Part shown: positions 16,753 through 24,803 of the stretch, in pieces
How positions within the stretch are numbered: the first letter of the stretch is position 1
Layout of the letters: the number at the start of each line of letters is the position of its first letter
Origin: Oscillospiraceae bacterium
GTDB lineage: Bacteria; Bacillota; Clostridia; Oscillospirales; Oscillospiraceae
Assembly (NCBI GenBank): GCA_045537855.1
Contig: JAZSQG010000215.1
Location: 1-36,452, forward strand
Length of the DNA stretch: 36,452 nucleotides
Direction: 5' to 3'
Program-made: the position numbers and the translations under genes
Notes under the pieces: model-generated
What the model saw: the letters and a program-made list of their open reading frames with translations, nothing else
What the model was told of the DNA's origin: nothing
The model's database searches: none

Positions 16753-17844
16753 TCAGTATAGCATCCCGCTCCCGGCAAAAGCAAGCGGCGGAGGGCTCTT
16801 TTCCTCACCGCCGGGCTCCGGGCGGTATTCGGCCAGCAGGGTCTCCGCCAGTTCCGCCGCAACCCGGCTCACCCCGGTGAAATCCACCTGACTGTTCACC
16901 AGCTGCTCCAGGCTGTCGTGGCATTCCCGGGCCAGCAGCAGCTCCTTCCGGGCGGCTGTCAGCAGGCTGCGCTGCAGTGCGGCGGCTTCCCGACAGCTTT
17001 CCTGCTCGGGGGTGTCCATGGCGGCGTAGACGGTCTTATCCAGATGCAGTCTGCGCCCGCCGGGGCCGCTTACCACGCCGAGGCCCAGACCGGGGATGAG
17101 TACATGGCTCAGCCTCCGGGGCAGCAGCGGGTCGGGGCAGAGGATCACATCCCAGCCCCGGCGCAGGGCGAAATCTGCCAGAGGCCGCAGGAAGCAGTCG
17201 GCAGCATCGCCGACCGTAAGGAGGCTCACCAGCCTGGGGCAGAGGGCAGCGCGGGTCTCATCCAGAGAAACCCGGCCCTGACAGGTGAAGGCATCGGTAA
17301 ATACGCGCAGCGCCCGGCCAGGGACCTTACCGCTTTTTTTGATCTCCCGTCCCGCGAAGGACAGGGCCCGGGCCCTGATGCGTTCCGCCGCCTCGGGAGG
17401 CACACGCAGGGTCTCCTCTGCCTGTCCGGCGGCCTGCAGCCAGAGATAGGCCCGGCGGTAATGCTCGCTGCAGGCGGCAGTGTCCGGAGACAGATCCGGG
17501 ACCTCACCGCGGTAAAAGCGGCTGAGGTCCACATAAAAACCCTTCTGGCCCACCAGGGGCGGTTCCAGCACGTGGGGGCTGGTGCCGTCAAAGAGGGCGG
17601 CGTTCAGGGCGGGGATGCGGATGCCGTCCAGAGAATCCGGGTCGCCGGAACAGAGAATTCGGTATACTTCCAGGCCCTCCTGCTCCATGCGCTGGGCCAC
17701 GCGGCGCAGAAAGCCCGATTTTCCGCAGCCAGCCCCGCCCTTGAGGATCCAGACTTTTTCCGGGTTGGTGGCTGCCAGATATTCTTCATAAAGGGAGTAA
17801 AAACCGCCGTAGCTGTTGCTCCCCAGAAACATGCTGATATCCAT
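16753..17844 (-). CDS. Conserved hypothetical P-loop NTPase
   Basis: Walker A as ILKGGAGCGKSGFL. CSGDPDSLDGIRIP...LFDGTSPH block. The remaining about 250 aa have no motif I recognise. Start is uncertain: MDISMF at 17844 has only a distant GGGAG. The gene sits 46 nt upstream of proC with no terminator between them. Confidence 0.65.
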   Translation of the reverse strand: MDISMFLGSNSYGGFYSLYEEYLAATNPEKVWILKGGAGCGKSGFLRRVAQRMEQEGLEVYRILCSGDPDSLDGIRIPALNAALFDGTSPHVLEPPLVGQKGFYVDLSRFYRGEVPDLSPDTAACSEHYRRAYLWLQAAGQAEETLRVPPEAAERIRARALSFAGREIKKSGKVPGRALRVFTDAFTCQGRVSLDETRAALCPRLVSLLTVGDAADCFLRPLADFALRRGWDVILCPDPLLPRRLSHVLIPGLGLGVVSGPGGRRLHLDKTVYAAMDTPEQESCREAAALQRSLLTAARKELLLARECHDSLEQLVNSQVDFTGVSRVAAELAETLLAEYRPEPGGEEKSPPPLAFAGSGMLY

Positions 17845-17981
17845 AATGATATAAAACTCCCGTTCTGCTTTCTCAATCCAGTAATATGCCGTGGGCTCCT
17901 GTGCTGTGACGGTTGAAAAGCGGGGAAAAGAATGATAAAATATTTTGTCACGCGAAAGGGCGGGCGGAAGGAGGAACAAGT

Positions 17982-19100
17982 ATGAAACGCATGACGGCCC
18001 TGCTGCTGTGTCTGGTGCTGCTGGCAGGCGTCTATTCCGTGGCGGCTGCCCCCGGCGGGGTGGATGACCCTCTCATCAGCCTTTCTTACCTCTATGATAC
18101 GCTGGTGCCCTATTTCCGGCAGCTCTTTTCCCGGGAAACACAGAAGAGTCTGGATGCCGTGGAGGAGCGGGTGGAACAAAGGCTGGAGCAGCTGGAATTT
18201 CCCGCTTTCCGTGACTGGGACTATGCGCCGGGCTTCACGCCTCTGGAGCTGGAGGATGGGGGAAGCGTCACGCTGGATGAATTCGGCTGCTTCCTGCTGC
18301 TGGAAGGCACCGTGAAGCTGCGCATTACAGCGGGAGAGGTCATTGATATCAGCACCGGCGAAGTCTGCACGGATGGGCAGCTTCTTCCGGCCATGCATCG
18401 CTATTTTGCCGCGGAAGAGAGCGGCGCGGTGCTGACGGTTTATTCTCCTTATGCGGAAGGCATGGTGGACGGTTTTTACCGCCACAGCGCCTCCGGCACC
18501 ATCCCCGTGCGGGAGCGCTTCCTGGATGTGGACAGCTCCCACTGGGCAGCGGAATATATCTGGAAGCTGGCGGAAGCCTCTGTGGTGAACGGCGTGGAGC
18601 CCCATCATTTTGCTCCCGGCGCCACCGTTACCCGGGGCACCTTTGTGACCATTCTGGGCCGACTCTGCGGCGTCTCTGCGGAGGATTGGAGCGAGCAGGT
18701 CTTTCCCGATGTGAAGCCGGAGGACTGGTTCGGGCCCTATGTATGCTGGGCAGCCGCAGGCGGCATCGTCACCGGCTATGATGACGGAAGCTTCCGTCCC
18801 AACGCGCCCATCAACCGGGAGCAGATGGCCCTGATGATGCAGCGCTATGCCGCCTATCTGGATGTGGAACCGGAAACCGTGAACGCGGAAGGGGAAGCCT
18901 ACCGCGATCTGGAGGAAGTCAGCGACTGGGCGCTGGAAGCGGTACTTCTCGCCCGGGATACCGGTCTGATGACGGGCCGGGAAGGAAATCTGTTTGAGCC
19001 TGCCGGTACCGCCAACCGCGCCGAGATCTGCACGGTGGCCTGGCGCTTTGCCGAAAAGACGGGCATTCTGGGAGAGGGAGATACAAATGGAGAGAAATGA
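17982..19100 (+). CDS. Secreted protein with three C-terminal S-layer homology (SLH) domains
   Basis: Signal peptide MKRMTALLLCLVLLAGVYSVAAA. Three SLH repeats: FLDVDSSHWAAEYIWKL..., FPDVKPEDWFGPYVCWA..., YRDLEEVSDWALEAVLLA.... GGAAGGAGGAA RBS. The N-terminal domain of about 170 aa is unassigned. Confidence 0.85.
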   Translation: MKRMTALLLCLVLLAGVYSVAAAPGGVDDPLISLSYLYDTLVPYFRQLFSRETQKSLDAVEERVEQRLEQLEFPAFRDWDYAPGFTPLELEDGGSVTLDEFGCFLLLEGTVKLRITAGEVIDISTGEVCTDGQLLPAMHRYFAAEESGAVLTVYSPYAEGMVDGFYRHSASGTIPVRERFLDVDSSHWAAEYIWKLAEASVVNGVEPHHFAPGATVTRGTFVTILGRLCGVSAEDWSEQVFPDVKPEDWFGPYVCWAAAGGIVTGYDDGSFRPNAPINREQMALMMQRYAAYLDVEPETVNAEGEAYRDLEEVSDWALEAVLLARDTGLMTGREGNLFEPAGTANRAEICTVAWRFAEKTGILGEGDTNGEK

Positions 19101-20484
19101 AGCCATCAGCCGCTGGGTGGAAGCCCACCGGGACGAATTCCTGCGGGATGTCTGCCGCCTGGTGCGCATTAAGAGCGTGACAGGGGAAGCCGAAGAAGGT
19201 AAGCCCTTCGGCCCGGGCCCTGCCGCGGCGCTGGAAGAGAGCCTGCGCATCTGCAGCGAGCACGGCTTTGCCGTGAAAAACTATGACGGCTATGTGATGA
19301 CTGCCGATGCCTGCGGCGAGGAGACGGTGCTGGACATTCTGGCCCATCTGGATGTGGTGGGCGAGGGGGACGGCTGGGATACCGACCCCTACGAGCCTGT
19401 GGAAAAGGACGGTTGCCTCTACGGTCGGGGCACCGACGATGACAAGGGGCCCGCTGTGGCGGCCCTCTATGCCATGGAGTGCGTGCGGGAGCTGTTTGGT
19501 CTGAAGAAGAATGTTCGCCTGATTTTGGGAACGGACGAGGAGAGCGGTTCCCGGGATATCCGCCACTATTACAGCCTGGAAAAGCCTGCGGAGAATACCT
19601 TCTCCCCGGATGCCAGCTTCCCCGTGTACAACACGGAAAAGGGCGGCTTTGCGGCCCGCTTCGGGAAACGCTGGGAAGAAAGCGGAGCGCTGCCCCGGGT
19701 GAGCGCCCTGGAGGGCGGCTACCGCATCAACGTGCTGCCTGCGGACGCTTCCGCCCTGATCCTGGGCATGGAGCTGCAGCAGGCGGAGGAAATCTGCCGT
19801 CCCCTTGCAGAAGCGATGCAGGTGCAGCTGAAGCTTACGGCGGAGGGCGAGGGCCTGAAGCTGGCCGTCACAGGTCTTGCGGCCCACGCATCCACCCCGG
19901 AAGCGGGAATCAACGGCATCACCGCCCTGATCGCTATCCTCTGTGCCCTGCCTCTGGCAGACTGCGGCAGTACCCGGGCGCTGCAGGAGCTGAAGCAGCT
20001 TCTGCCCCATGGGGACGGCAGCGGCACGGCCCTGGGCATCGCCCAGGAGGATGACATTTCCGGCCCCCTGACCCTGGCTTTCAGCCTGCTGAAGATGGAT
20101 GAAAGCAGTGTGGAAGGCTTCTTTGACAGCCGCGTGCCCGTCTGCGCCACCCGGGAAAACTGCCGGGAGGTGGCCCGGGCGGCTTTTGAGGCAAAGGGCT
20201 TTACCATGGACGGGGAGATGCGCGCGCCCCATCACACCCCGGCGGACCGCCCCTTCGTGCAGGCCATGCTCCGCAGCTATGAGGCGTTCACCGGCCTCAA
20301 GGGCGAGTGTCTTGCCATGGGCGGCGGCACCTATGTCCACGGGATCCCCGGCGGCGTAGCCTTCGGCGCGGGGATGCCCGGCTTCAACTCCAATCTTCAC
20401 AGTGCCAACGAGCGCATGTGCATTGCGGACATGCTCACTGCCATCAAGGTCTATGCGGGGGTCATCTGCGAGCTCTGCAGCTGA
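19087..20484 (+). CDS. pepV: M20-family dipeptidase (PepV/Sapep-like)
   Basis: AHLDVVGEGDGWDTDPYEPV, GRGTDDDKGPAVAAL, GTDEESG and C-terminal GGGTYV match PepV-type dipeptidases. Start at MERNEAIS overlaps the SLH gene by 14 nt. Confidence 0.85.
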   Translation: MERNEAISRWVEAHRDEFLRDVCRLVRIKSVTGEAEEGKPFGPGPAAALEESLRICSEHGFAVKNYDGYVMTADACGEETVLDILAHLDVVGEGDGWDTDPYEPVEKDGCLYGRGTDDDKGPAVAALYAMECVRELFGLKKNVRLILGTDEESGSRDIRHYYSLEKPAENTFSPDASFPVYNTEKGGFAARFGKRWEESGALPRVSALEGGYRINVLPADASALILGMELQQAEEICRPLAEAMQVQLKLTAEGEGLKLAVTGLAAHASTPEAGINGITALIAILCALPLADCGSTRALQELKQLLPHGDGSGTALGIAQEDDISGPLTLAFSLLKMDESSVEGFFDSRVPVCATRENCREVARAAFEAKGFTMDGEMRAPHHTPADRPFVQAMLRSYEAFTGLKGECLAMGGGTYVHGIPGGVAFGAGMPGFNSNLHSANERMCIADMLTAIKVYAGVICELCS

Positions 20485-20491
20485 ACAGAAT

Positions 20492-20528
20492 AAAAAATGC
20501 CGGAACCAGGCGGTTCCGGCATTTTTTA
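20492..20528. terminator. Bidirectional terminator between pepV and the rhomboid-like gene
   Basis: AAAAAA-ATGCCGGAACC-AGGC-GGTTCCGGCAT-TTTTT. Confidence 0.85.
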
Positions 20529-20538
20529 TGATTGCGGC

Positions 20539-21387
20539 TTATTCGGTGAAGTGTACGTGGCTTCCGATGTGGTCGATGCAGAAGCAGTGGTAGCCCGCGC
20601 AGCGGGAGCAGTAGCGGAATTCCAGCTGGGGATAATCCGTGTCCGTGCGGCCGCAGACGGCGCACTTGCGGCTGTAGCCCCGGGCCTGCTGCTGTTGCTG
20701 CTGCTGTCTGGCAGCCCGCTTGAAATTCACCGTACGGCGGGTGCTGCGGCCGAAGCGGCGGCTGAGGGCATCGATGAGCACATCCCCGCAGAAGAGAAAG
20801 TAGTTGAGGACTGCCACCAGAGGCAGCAGGGTCATCCCGCTGAACATGGAAAGCAGGAAGACGGCGGCTTCGAAATAGGCCAGCCATTTGATCTTGATGG
20901 GGATGAAGAAAAACAGAAGCACCCGGTTTTCCGGCCAGAGAGTGGCAAAGACGAAGAACATGGAGAGGTTGACATAATTTGATGTCAGATGCACGTTCCC
21001 GCTGCCGATGAAGTAGGCGATGAGGCCGTAGAGGATGGTAAGGAGCATGCCCAGCAGATAATAGACCGTGAATTTGCCCGTGCCCCATTCCCGCTCCAGT
21101 GCGTTTCCGATGAAGTAGTAAAAATACAGAAACAGCGCAAGGGAGATGAGATTATAGGAGCTGGGTACAAACACAAAGGTGATCAGACGCCATACTTGCC
21201 CCCGGAGCACCAGGGCGGGCTGAAAGGTCAGGTAGGAGAGGAAGGTGCCGCTCCGGTCCATCATCGTCAGGAGAAACACGGCGATGTTTCCCAGGATGAT
21301 GATCATCATCAGGCGGGAAATACCGAAATTGGGGTGCCGGTACAAAAAACGGTCCACCCGGTTCTGAAACTTTTGGATCAACTTCAT
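20539..21387 (-). CDS. Rhomboid-fold membrane protein (apparently non-catalytic) with poly-Gln linker and C-terminal Cys/His zinc-ribbon
   Basis: GQVWRLITFVFV and FIGNALEREWGTGKF match rhomboid TM2/L1 signatures. Six hydrophobic segments. C-terminus is CAVCG-x15-CSRC-x3-HCFC-x2-H-x3-H-x-H. GGAGG RBS. Confidence 0.7.
   Translation of the reverse strand: MKLIQKFQNRVDRFLYRHPNFGISRLMMIIILGNIAVFLLTMMDRSGTFLSYLTFQPALVLRGQVWRLITFVFVPSSYNLISLALFLYFYYFIGNALEREWGTGKFTVYYLLGMLLTILYGLIAYFIGSGNVHLTSNYVNLSMFFVFATLWPENRVLLFFFIPIKIKWLAYFEAAVFLLSMFSGMTLLPLVAVLNYFLFCGDVLIDALSRRFGRSTRRTVNFKRAARQQQQQQQARGYSRKCAVCGRTDTDYPQLEFRYCSRCAGYHCFCIDHIGSHVHFTE
20686..20706 (-). repeat. Trinucleotide (CAG/CAA)7 run encoding Q7
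   Basis: CTGCTGCTGTTGCTGCTGCTG on the plus strand. This encodes QQQQQQQ in the linker of the rhomboid-like protein. Confidence 0.9.
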
Positions 21388-21476
21388 AGTAACGCCTCCG
21401 GCATCATTCTAGCGGAAAAATCGGGAAATGTCCATGTCGGAAATGTAAACTTCCGGGAAGAAACGAAAAGAAATGC

Positions 21477-21505
21477 TTTCCACGCAGAAAAGCATGTGAT
21501 ATAAT
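21477..21505 (+). promoter_or_regulatory. Sigma-A-type promoter upstream of rlmB
   Basis: TTTCCA - 17 nt - TATAAT with an extended -10 (TGaTATAAT). About 85-nt leader containing a small ATTCCC/GGGAAT hairpin. Confidence 0.5.
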
Positions 21506-21595
21506 ATGTCGTATGGACTGTGCCTGCTGCATTCCCGACGGATGGGAATACATTTCGGGCGCAGAACGGAAAATCTGGCAGGAGTGTTTTGAGGC

Positions 21596-22351
21596 ATGAA
21601 CGGAGAACGCACACCGGACGAGGGCCGGATCGAAGGGAAAAACGCAGTCATGGAAGCCCTGAAGGCGGGGCGTACTATTGACAAAGTCTATGTGGCCCGC
21701 GGTGAGCAGGACAAGCTGATGCGCTTCATCATCCAGAAGGCGAAGGCGGCGGGCGCGGTGGTTTCGGAAGTGGACCGGCGCAAGCTGGATTTCATGAGCC
21801 AGACCCATGCCCACCAGGGCGTCATCGCCGTGGCGGCCGTGCGGGAATACGCCACGGTGGAGTCCATTCTGGAGATCGCCCGGGAGCGGGGAGAAAAGCC
21901 CCTGGTGGTGATCTGTGACGAGATTTCCGACCCCCACAATCTGGGCGCCATCATCCGCACGGCGGAGACCGCCGGAGCTCACGGCGTGATCATTCCCAAG
22001 CATCGCAGTGCCGGTATCACCGCCATCGTGGAGAAGACCTCTGCCGGTGCGGTGGAGCATATGGCTGTGGCCCGGGTGGTGAATCTGGCTGCCGCCATCG
22101 AAAAGCTGAAAGCTGCCGGCGTCTGGGTCTTCGGGACCGCCGCGGAAGGGGACCGGGTCCTCTGGGATGCGGATTTCAAGGATGCTGCCGCCATCGTCAT
22201 CGGCTCCGAAGGCGAAGGGATGAGCCGGCTGACCCGGGAAAGCTGCGATTTCCTGGTGTCTATTCCCATGCACGGGAAAATTTCTTCCCTGAACGCGTCC
22301 AACGCTGCGGCTGTGGTGCTTTACGAAGCGGTGCGTCAGCGGAGCCTGTAA
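21596..22351 (+). CDS. rlmB: TrmH/SpoU-family 23S rRNA (guanosine-2'-O-)-methyltransferase RlmB (YacO-like)
   Basis: N-terminal substrate-binding opening GRIEGKNAVMEALKAGRTIDKVYV. SpoU motifs DEISDPHNLGAIIRTAE, IVIGSEGEGMSRL, IPMHGKISSLNASNAAAVVLYE. Confidence 0.85.
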   Translation: MNGERTPDEGRIEGKNAVMEALKAGRTIDKVYVARGEQDKLMRFIIQKAKAAGAVVSEVDRRKLDFMSQTHAHQGVIAVAAVREYATVESILEIARERGEKPLVVICDEISDPHNLGAIIRTAETAGAHGVIIPKHRSAGITAIVEKTSAGAVEHMAVARVVNLAAAIEKLKAAGVWVFGTAAEGDRVLWDADFKDAAAIVIGSEGEGMSRLTRESCDFLVSIPMHGKISSLNASNAAAVVLYEAVRQRSL

Positions 22352-22397
22352 GTTTATCGGAACAAGCGTTATTTTGCGGGAAGGGGCAGGTGAGACC

Positions 22398-24698
22398 ATG
22401 TCGGAGCGTGACCGCGAACAACTGAATCAGGCGGATGCTGCGGCAGAGGTGATCACCCTGGAATCCATCCTCTCCGAGTACAAGGCGGAGGCGTTTGTGA
22501 AAAACGAGCGCCGCCTTTCCAAGGAGGAGCTGGAAGCCAGGACCGAGGCCATCATCCGGGAAATGAAGGAGAGCCTGGAAGCGGAGGAGCGGGCTGCGAA
22601 TGCGCAGCAGTCTGCGCCGGAGTCGGAGGAAACCGCATCGGAGCAGGAGGAGAGTCCTGTCCTGCTGCCGCCCGAGGAGGGACGGGAGGAAGCGCCTGCC
22701 GCCGAAGCTGCTGCGGAAACCGCCGCGCCGCAGGCCGAAACGGTCCCTGCGGAAGCGGAAGACACCGAAGCTGCCGGGGAAGCGGAAGCGCCCGCCACGG
22801 TGGAAGAAGCGCAGGCTGAGGAAGCGTCCGAAGAAGCCGAAAGCGAAGCTGTGGCGGAAGAAGCCGGAGTGGAAGCGGAAGAACCCTTCCTGAATCCCAT
22901 TCTGGAGACTGCGCCTCAGGGAGTGGATGCACACACTGTATCGGGCAAAAGCTCCCGCCGCATGCGCAGGCGGGAGGCAAGGCGCCTCCGGGCCCGGCAG
23001 AAAGCGGCAGAAAAGGCCGCAGGAGCCGAGGCTGAAGCACAGGCTGCACCGGAACCGGCCCCGGAGCTCACAGCCCCGGAGGCGGCAAGGCTCTATTCTT
23101 CCGGCATTGCATCCCTTCGCCGGAGAACGCTGCTGGCCTTTGCCTTCAGCATTCTCATGGCACTCATTGTACTCATCGGAGAAAAGGGCGGCGCGCTGCC
23201 CGGTTTTCTCCGCAATCCCAACGGCCGCTGCGCCGCGCTGGTCATCGGGCAGCTGGCGGTGATGCTGCTGGGGGCTGATATTCTCATGAAGGGCGTGCTG
23301 GGTCTGTTTTCGGGACAGGCCGGTGCGGATACCCTGGCGGCTGTGGCCAATCTCTGCTGCCTGGTGGACGGGCTCCTCATTTTCCTGGGGAAGCGCCCGG
23401 CCCGGGGCGGTCCCTATGCCTGCGTCGCGGCAATGGTGCTGGCCTTCAACATGCTGGGCGAGCGTATGGGACGCAGTGCCTTCCGGGATATCCTGCGTAC
23501 CATGAAGGGCGCCAGGATCCCCACGGTGGTCACCGCCGAGGAGGACCTTGCCGACGAAGGGCTGGTGCTTTGTAAGCGGCTGGGCAGCGCCCGGGGTTTC
23601 CTTTCCAAGTGTATCGAGCCTGACCTTGCCAGCCGCCGCTATCATATACTTGCCCCGGCGCTTCTGGTGCTGGCTGCCGTACTTGCCCTGTTTGCTGTGA
23701 TGCTCAGCGGAGAAAAGGTGTTTTTCCACACCCTGGCGGCCCTCACCGTGGCGGCGGCGTCCATGACCTCCGCGCTGGTTTACAGGCGACCCTTCATGTT
23801 CATCGCCCGGCGCCTTGCCGCATCCGGCGCGGTTCTTGCCGGATGGTCCGGTGCCGAGGATGTGTACCGCTCCGTGGGTATGGTGGTGCGGGATCTGGAC
23901 CTGTTTCCGGAGCATACCATCCAGCTCAACGGGATGAAGGTGCTTTCCGGCGCGCCTGTGGAAAAAGTCATTTCCTATGCGGGCAGCATGATCCAGGCCT
24001 CCAATTCCGGCCTGAAGCGCAGCTTCGGGGAATTGATGCGCCAGTACGCCGTGCCCACCTACCATACCGAGGAATTCAACTGCTCCACCGAGGGCGGCAT
24101 CAGTGCCTTCATCGGGCAGGATCTTGTGATGCTGGGTTCCGCTGCCTATATGAATCTCATGGGCATCCGCGTCCCCGGTACGGGGGATGTGGCCGGTGCG
24201 GTGTATATTGCCGTCAACCGGGAGCTCAGCGGCATTTTCATTGTCAATTATACCCCGGTGGATATGGTGCAAAACGCCCTGATCAATCTGCTGCGCTCCA
24301 AAGTCCGGCCGATTTTCGCAGTGCGTGACTTTAACGTGAATCCGGCTATGCTGAAAACGAAGTTCAAGCTGGGCAGCCGGGAGATCCGCTTCCTGCCCAT
24401 GGAGGACCGCTATCAGCTCAGCGTGGACAGCGAAAGCGAGGCGGTGCCCACTGCCCTGATGACCCGGGAGGGTCTGGGCCATTATGTGGAGATCGCCCGG
24501 AGCGGCAGACGGCTGGTGCGTGCGGTGCGCAGAGGGCTGCGCTTCACGGTTCTGGGCAGCCTTGTGGGCATGCTTCTGATTTTCCTTGCCTGCGCCAGGG
24601 GCGCGTTCATGGCCGCAAGCGCCGGGAATTTGCTGCTCTTCATGCTCCTCTGGGCACTGGCTGTGATCCTCATCGCCGATGGGGCGGAGGGTGACTGA
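22398..24698 (+). CDS. Degenerate P-type (P1B-like) ATPase homolog with long acidic N-terminal region; predicted non-catalytic membrane protein
   Basis: 766 aa. The first ~230 aa are Glu/Ala-rich low complexity followed by a basic patch (RRMRRREARRLRARQK). About 8 hydrophobic helices in the P1B arrangement. GADTLAAVANL resembles the MDTLIALG helix. Expected catalytic motifs are replaced (RDLDLFPEHT for DKTGTLT, AAASMTS for CPC, VRDFNVNPAML for the TGDN/GDGxNDxP type). ATG at 22398 (AGGTGA RBS) is preferred over the TTG at 22374. Confidence 0.6.
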   Translation: MSERDREQLNQADAAAEVITLESILSEYKAEAFVKNERRLSKEELEARTEAIIREMKESLEAEERAANAQQSAPESEETASEQEESPVLLPPEEGREEAPAAEAAAETAAPQAETVPAEAEDTEAAGEAEAPATVEEAQAEEASEEAESEAVAEEAGVEAEEPFLNPILETAPQGVDAHTVSGKSSRRMRRREARRLRARQKAAEKAAGAEAEAQAAPEPAPELTAPEAARLYSSGIASLRRRTLLAFAFSILMALIVLIGEKGGALPGFLRNPNGRCAALVIGQLAVMLLGADILMKGVLGLFSGQAGADTLAAVANLCCLVDGLLIFLGKRPARGGPYACVAAMVLAFNMLGERMGRSAFRDILRTMKGARIPTVVTAEEDLADEGLVLCKRLGSARGFLSKCIEPDLASRRYHILAPALLVLAAVLALFAVMLSGEKVFFHTLAALTVAAASMTSALVYRRPFMFIARRLAASGAVLAGWSGAEDVYRSVGMVVRDLDLFPEHTIQLNGMKVLSGAPVEKVISYAGSMIQASNSGLKRSFGELMRQYAVPTYHTEEFNCSTEGGISAFIGQDLVMLGSAAYMNLMGIRVPGTGDVAGAVYIAVNRELSGIFIVNYTPVDMVQNALINLLRSKVRPIFAVRDFNVNPAMLKTKFKLGSREIRFLPMEDRYQLSVDSESEAVPTALMTREGLGHYVEIARSGRRLVRAVRRGLRFTVLGSLVGMLLIFLACARGAFMAASAGNLLLFMLLWALAVILIADGAEGD

Positions 24699-24734
24699 AA
24701 CGGGGCGATTTTCCCGGTAAGCGGCAGAAAAGTC

Positions 24735-24763
24735 TTGTATTTTCAGCACGATTCGTTTATAAT
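24735..24763 (+). promoter_or_regulatory. Sigma-A-type promoter for the EF-G paralog
   Basis: TTGTAT - 17 nt - TATAAT, 40 nt upstream of the ATG at 24804. Confidence 0.6.
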
Positions 24764-24803
24764 CAAAAAACGCGTGCAGTATTTCAATAAGGAGAGGAAT
24801 TTC

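Noticed and set aside
19087-19100. 14-nt overlap between the SLH gene and pepV, considered as a possible frameshift or fusion site
   Set aside because: Both reading frames are complete, each with its own start, stop and RBS (GGGAGAGGGAGA before the pepV ATG). Short overlaps are common in this window (TGATG at 7737, ATGA at 30977, 11 nt at 32677).
22600-23060. Repetitive GAAGC/GGAAGCGGAAG-rich DNA that at first looked like a tandem-repeat or spacer-repeat array
   Set aside because: There is no fixed period and there are no unique spacers. It is in-frame coding low complexity (the Glu/Ala-rich acidic head of the ATPase-like protein). It is not a CRISPR or satellite.
22260-24749. 829-aa ORF on the minus strand
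   Set aside because: Antisense to the P-type-ATPase-like gene. Arg/Gly/His/Pro-rich with no hydrophobic core or motifs. It spans the rlmB 3' end and the downstream promoter. Shadow ORF.
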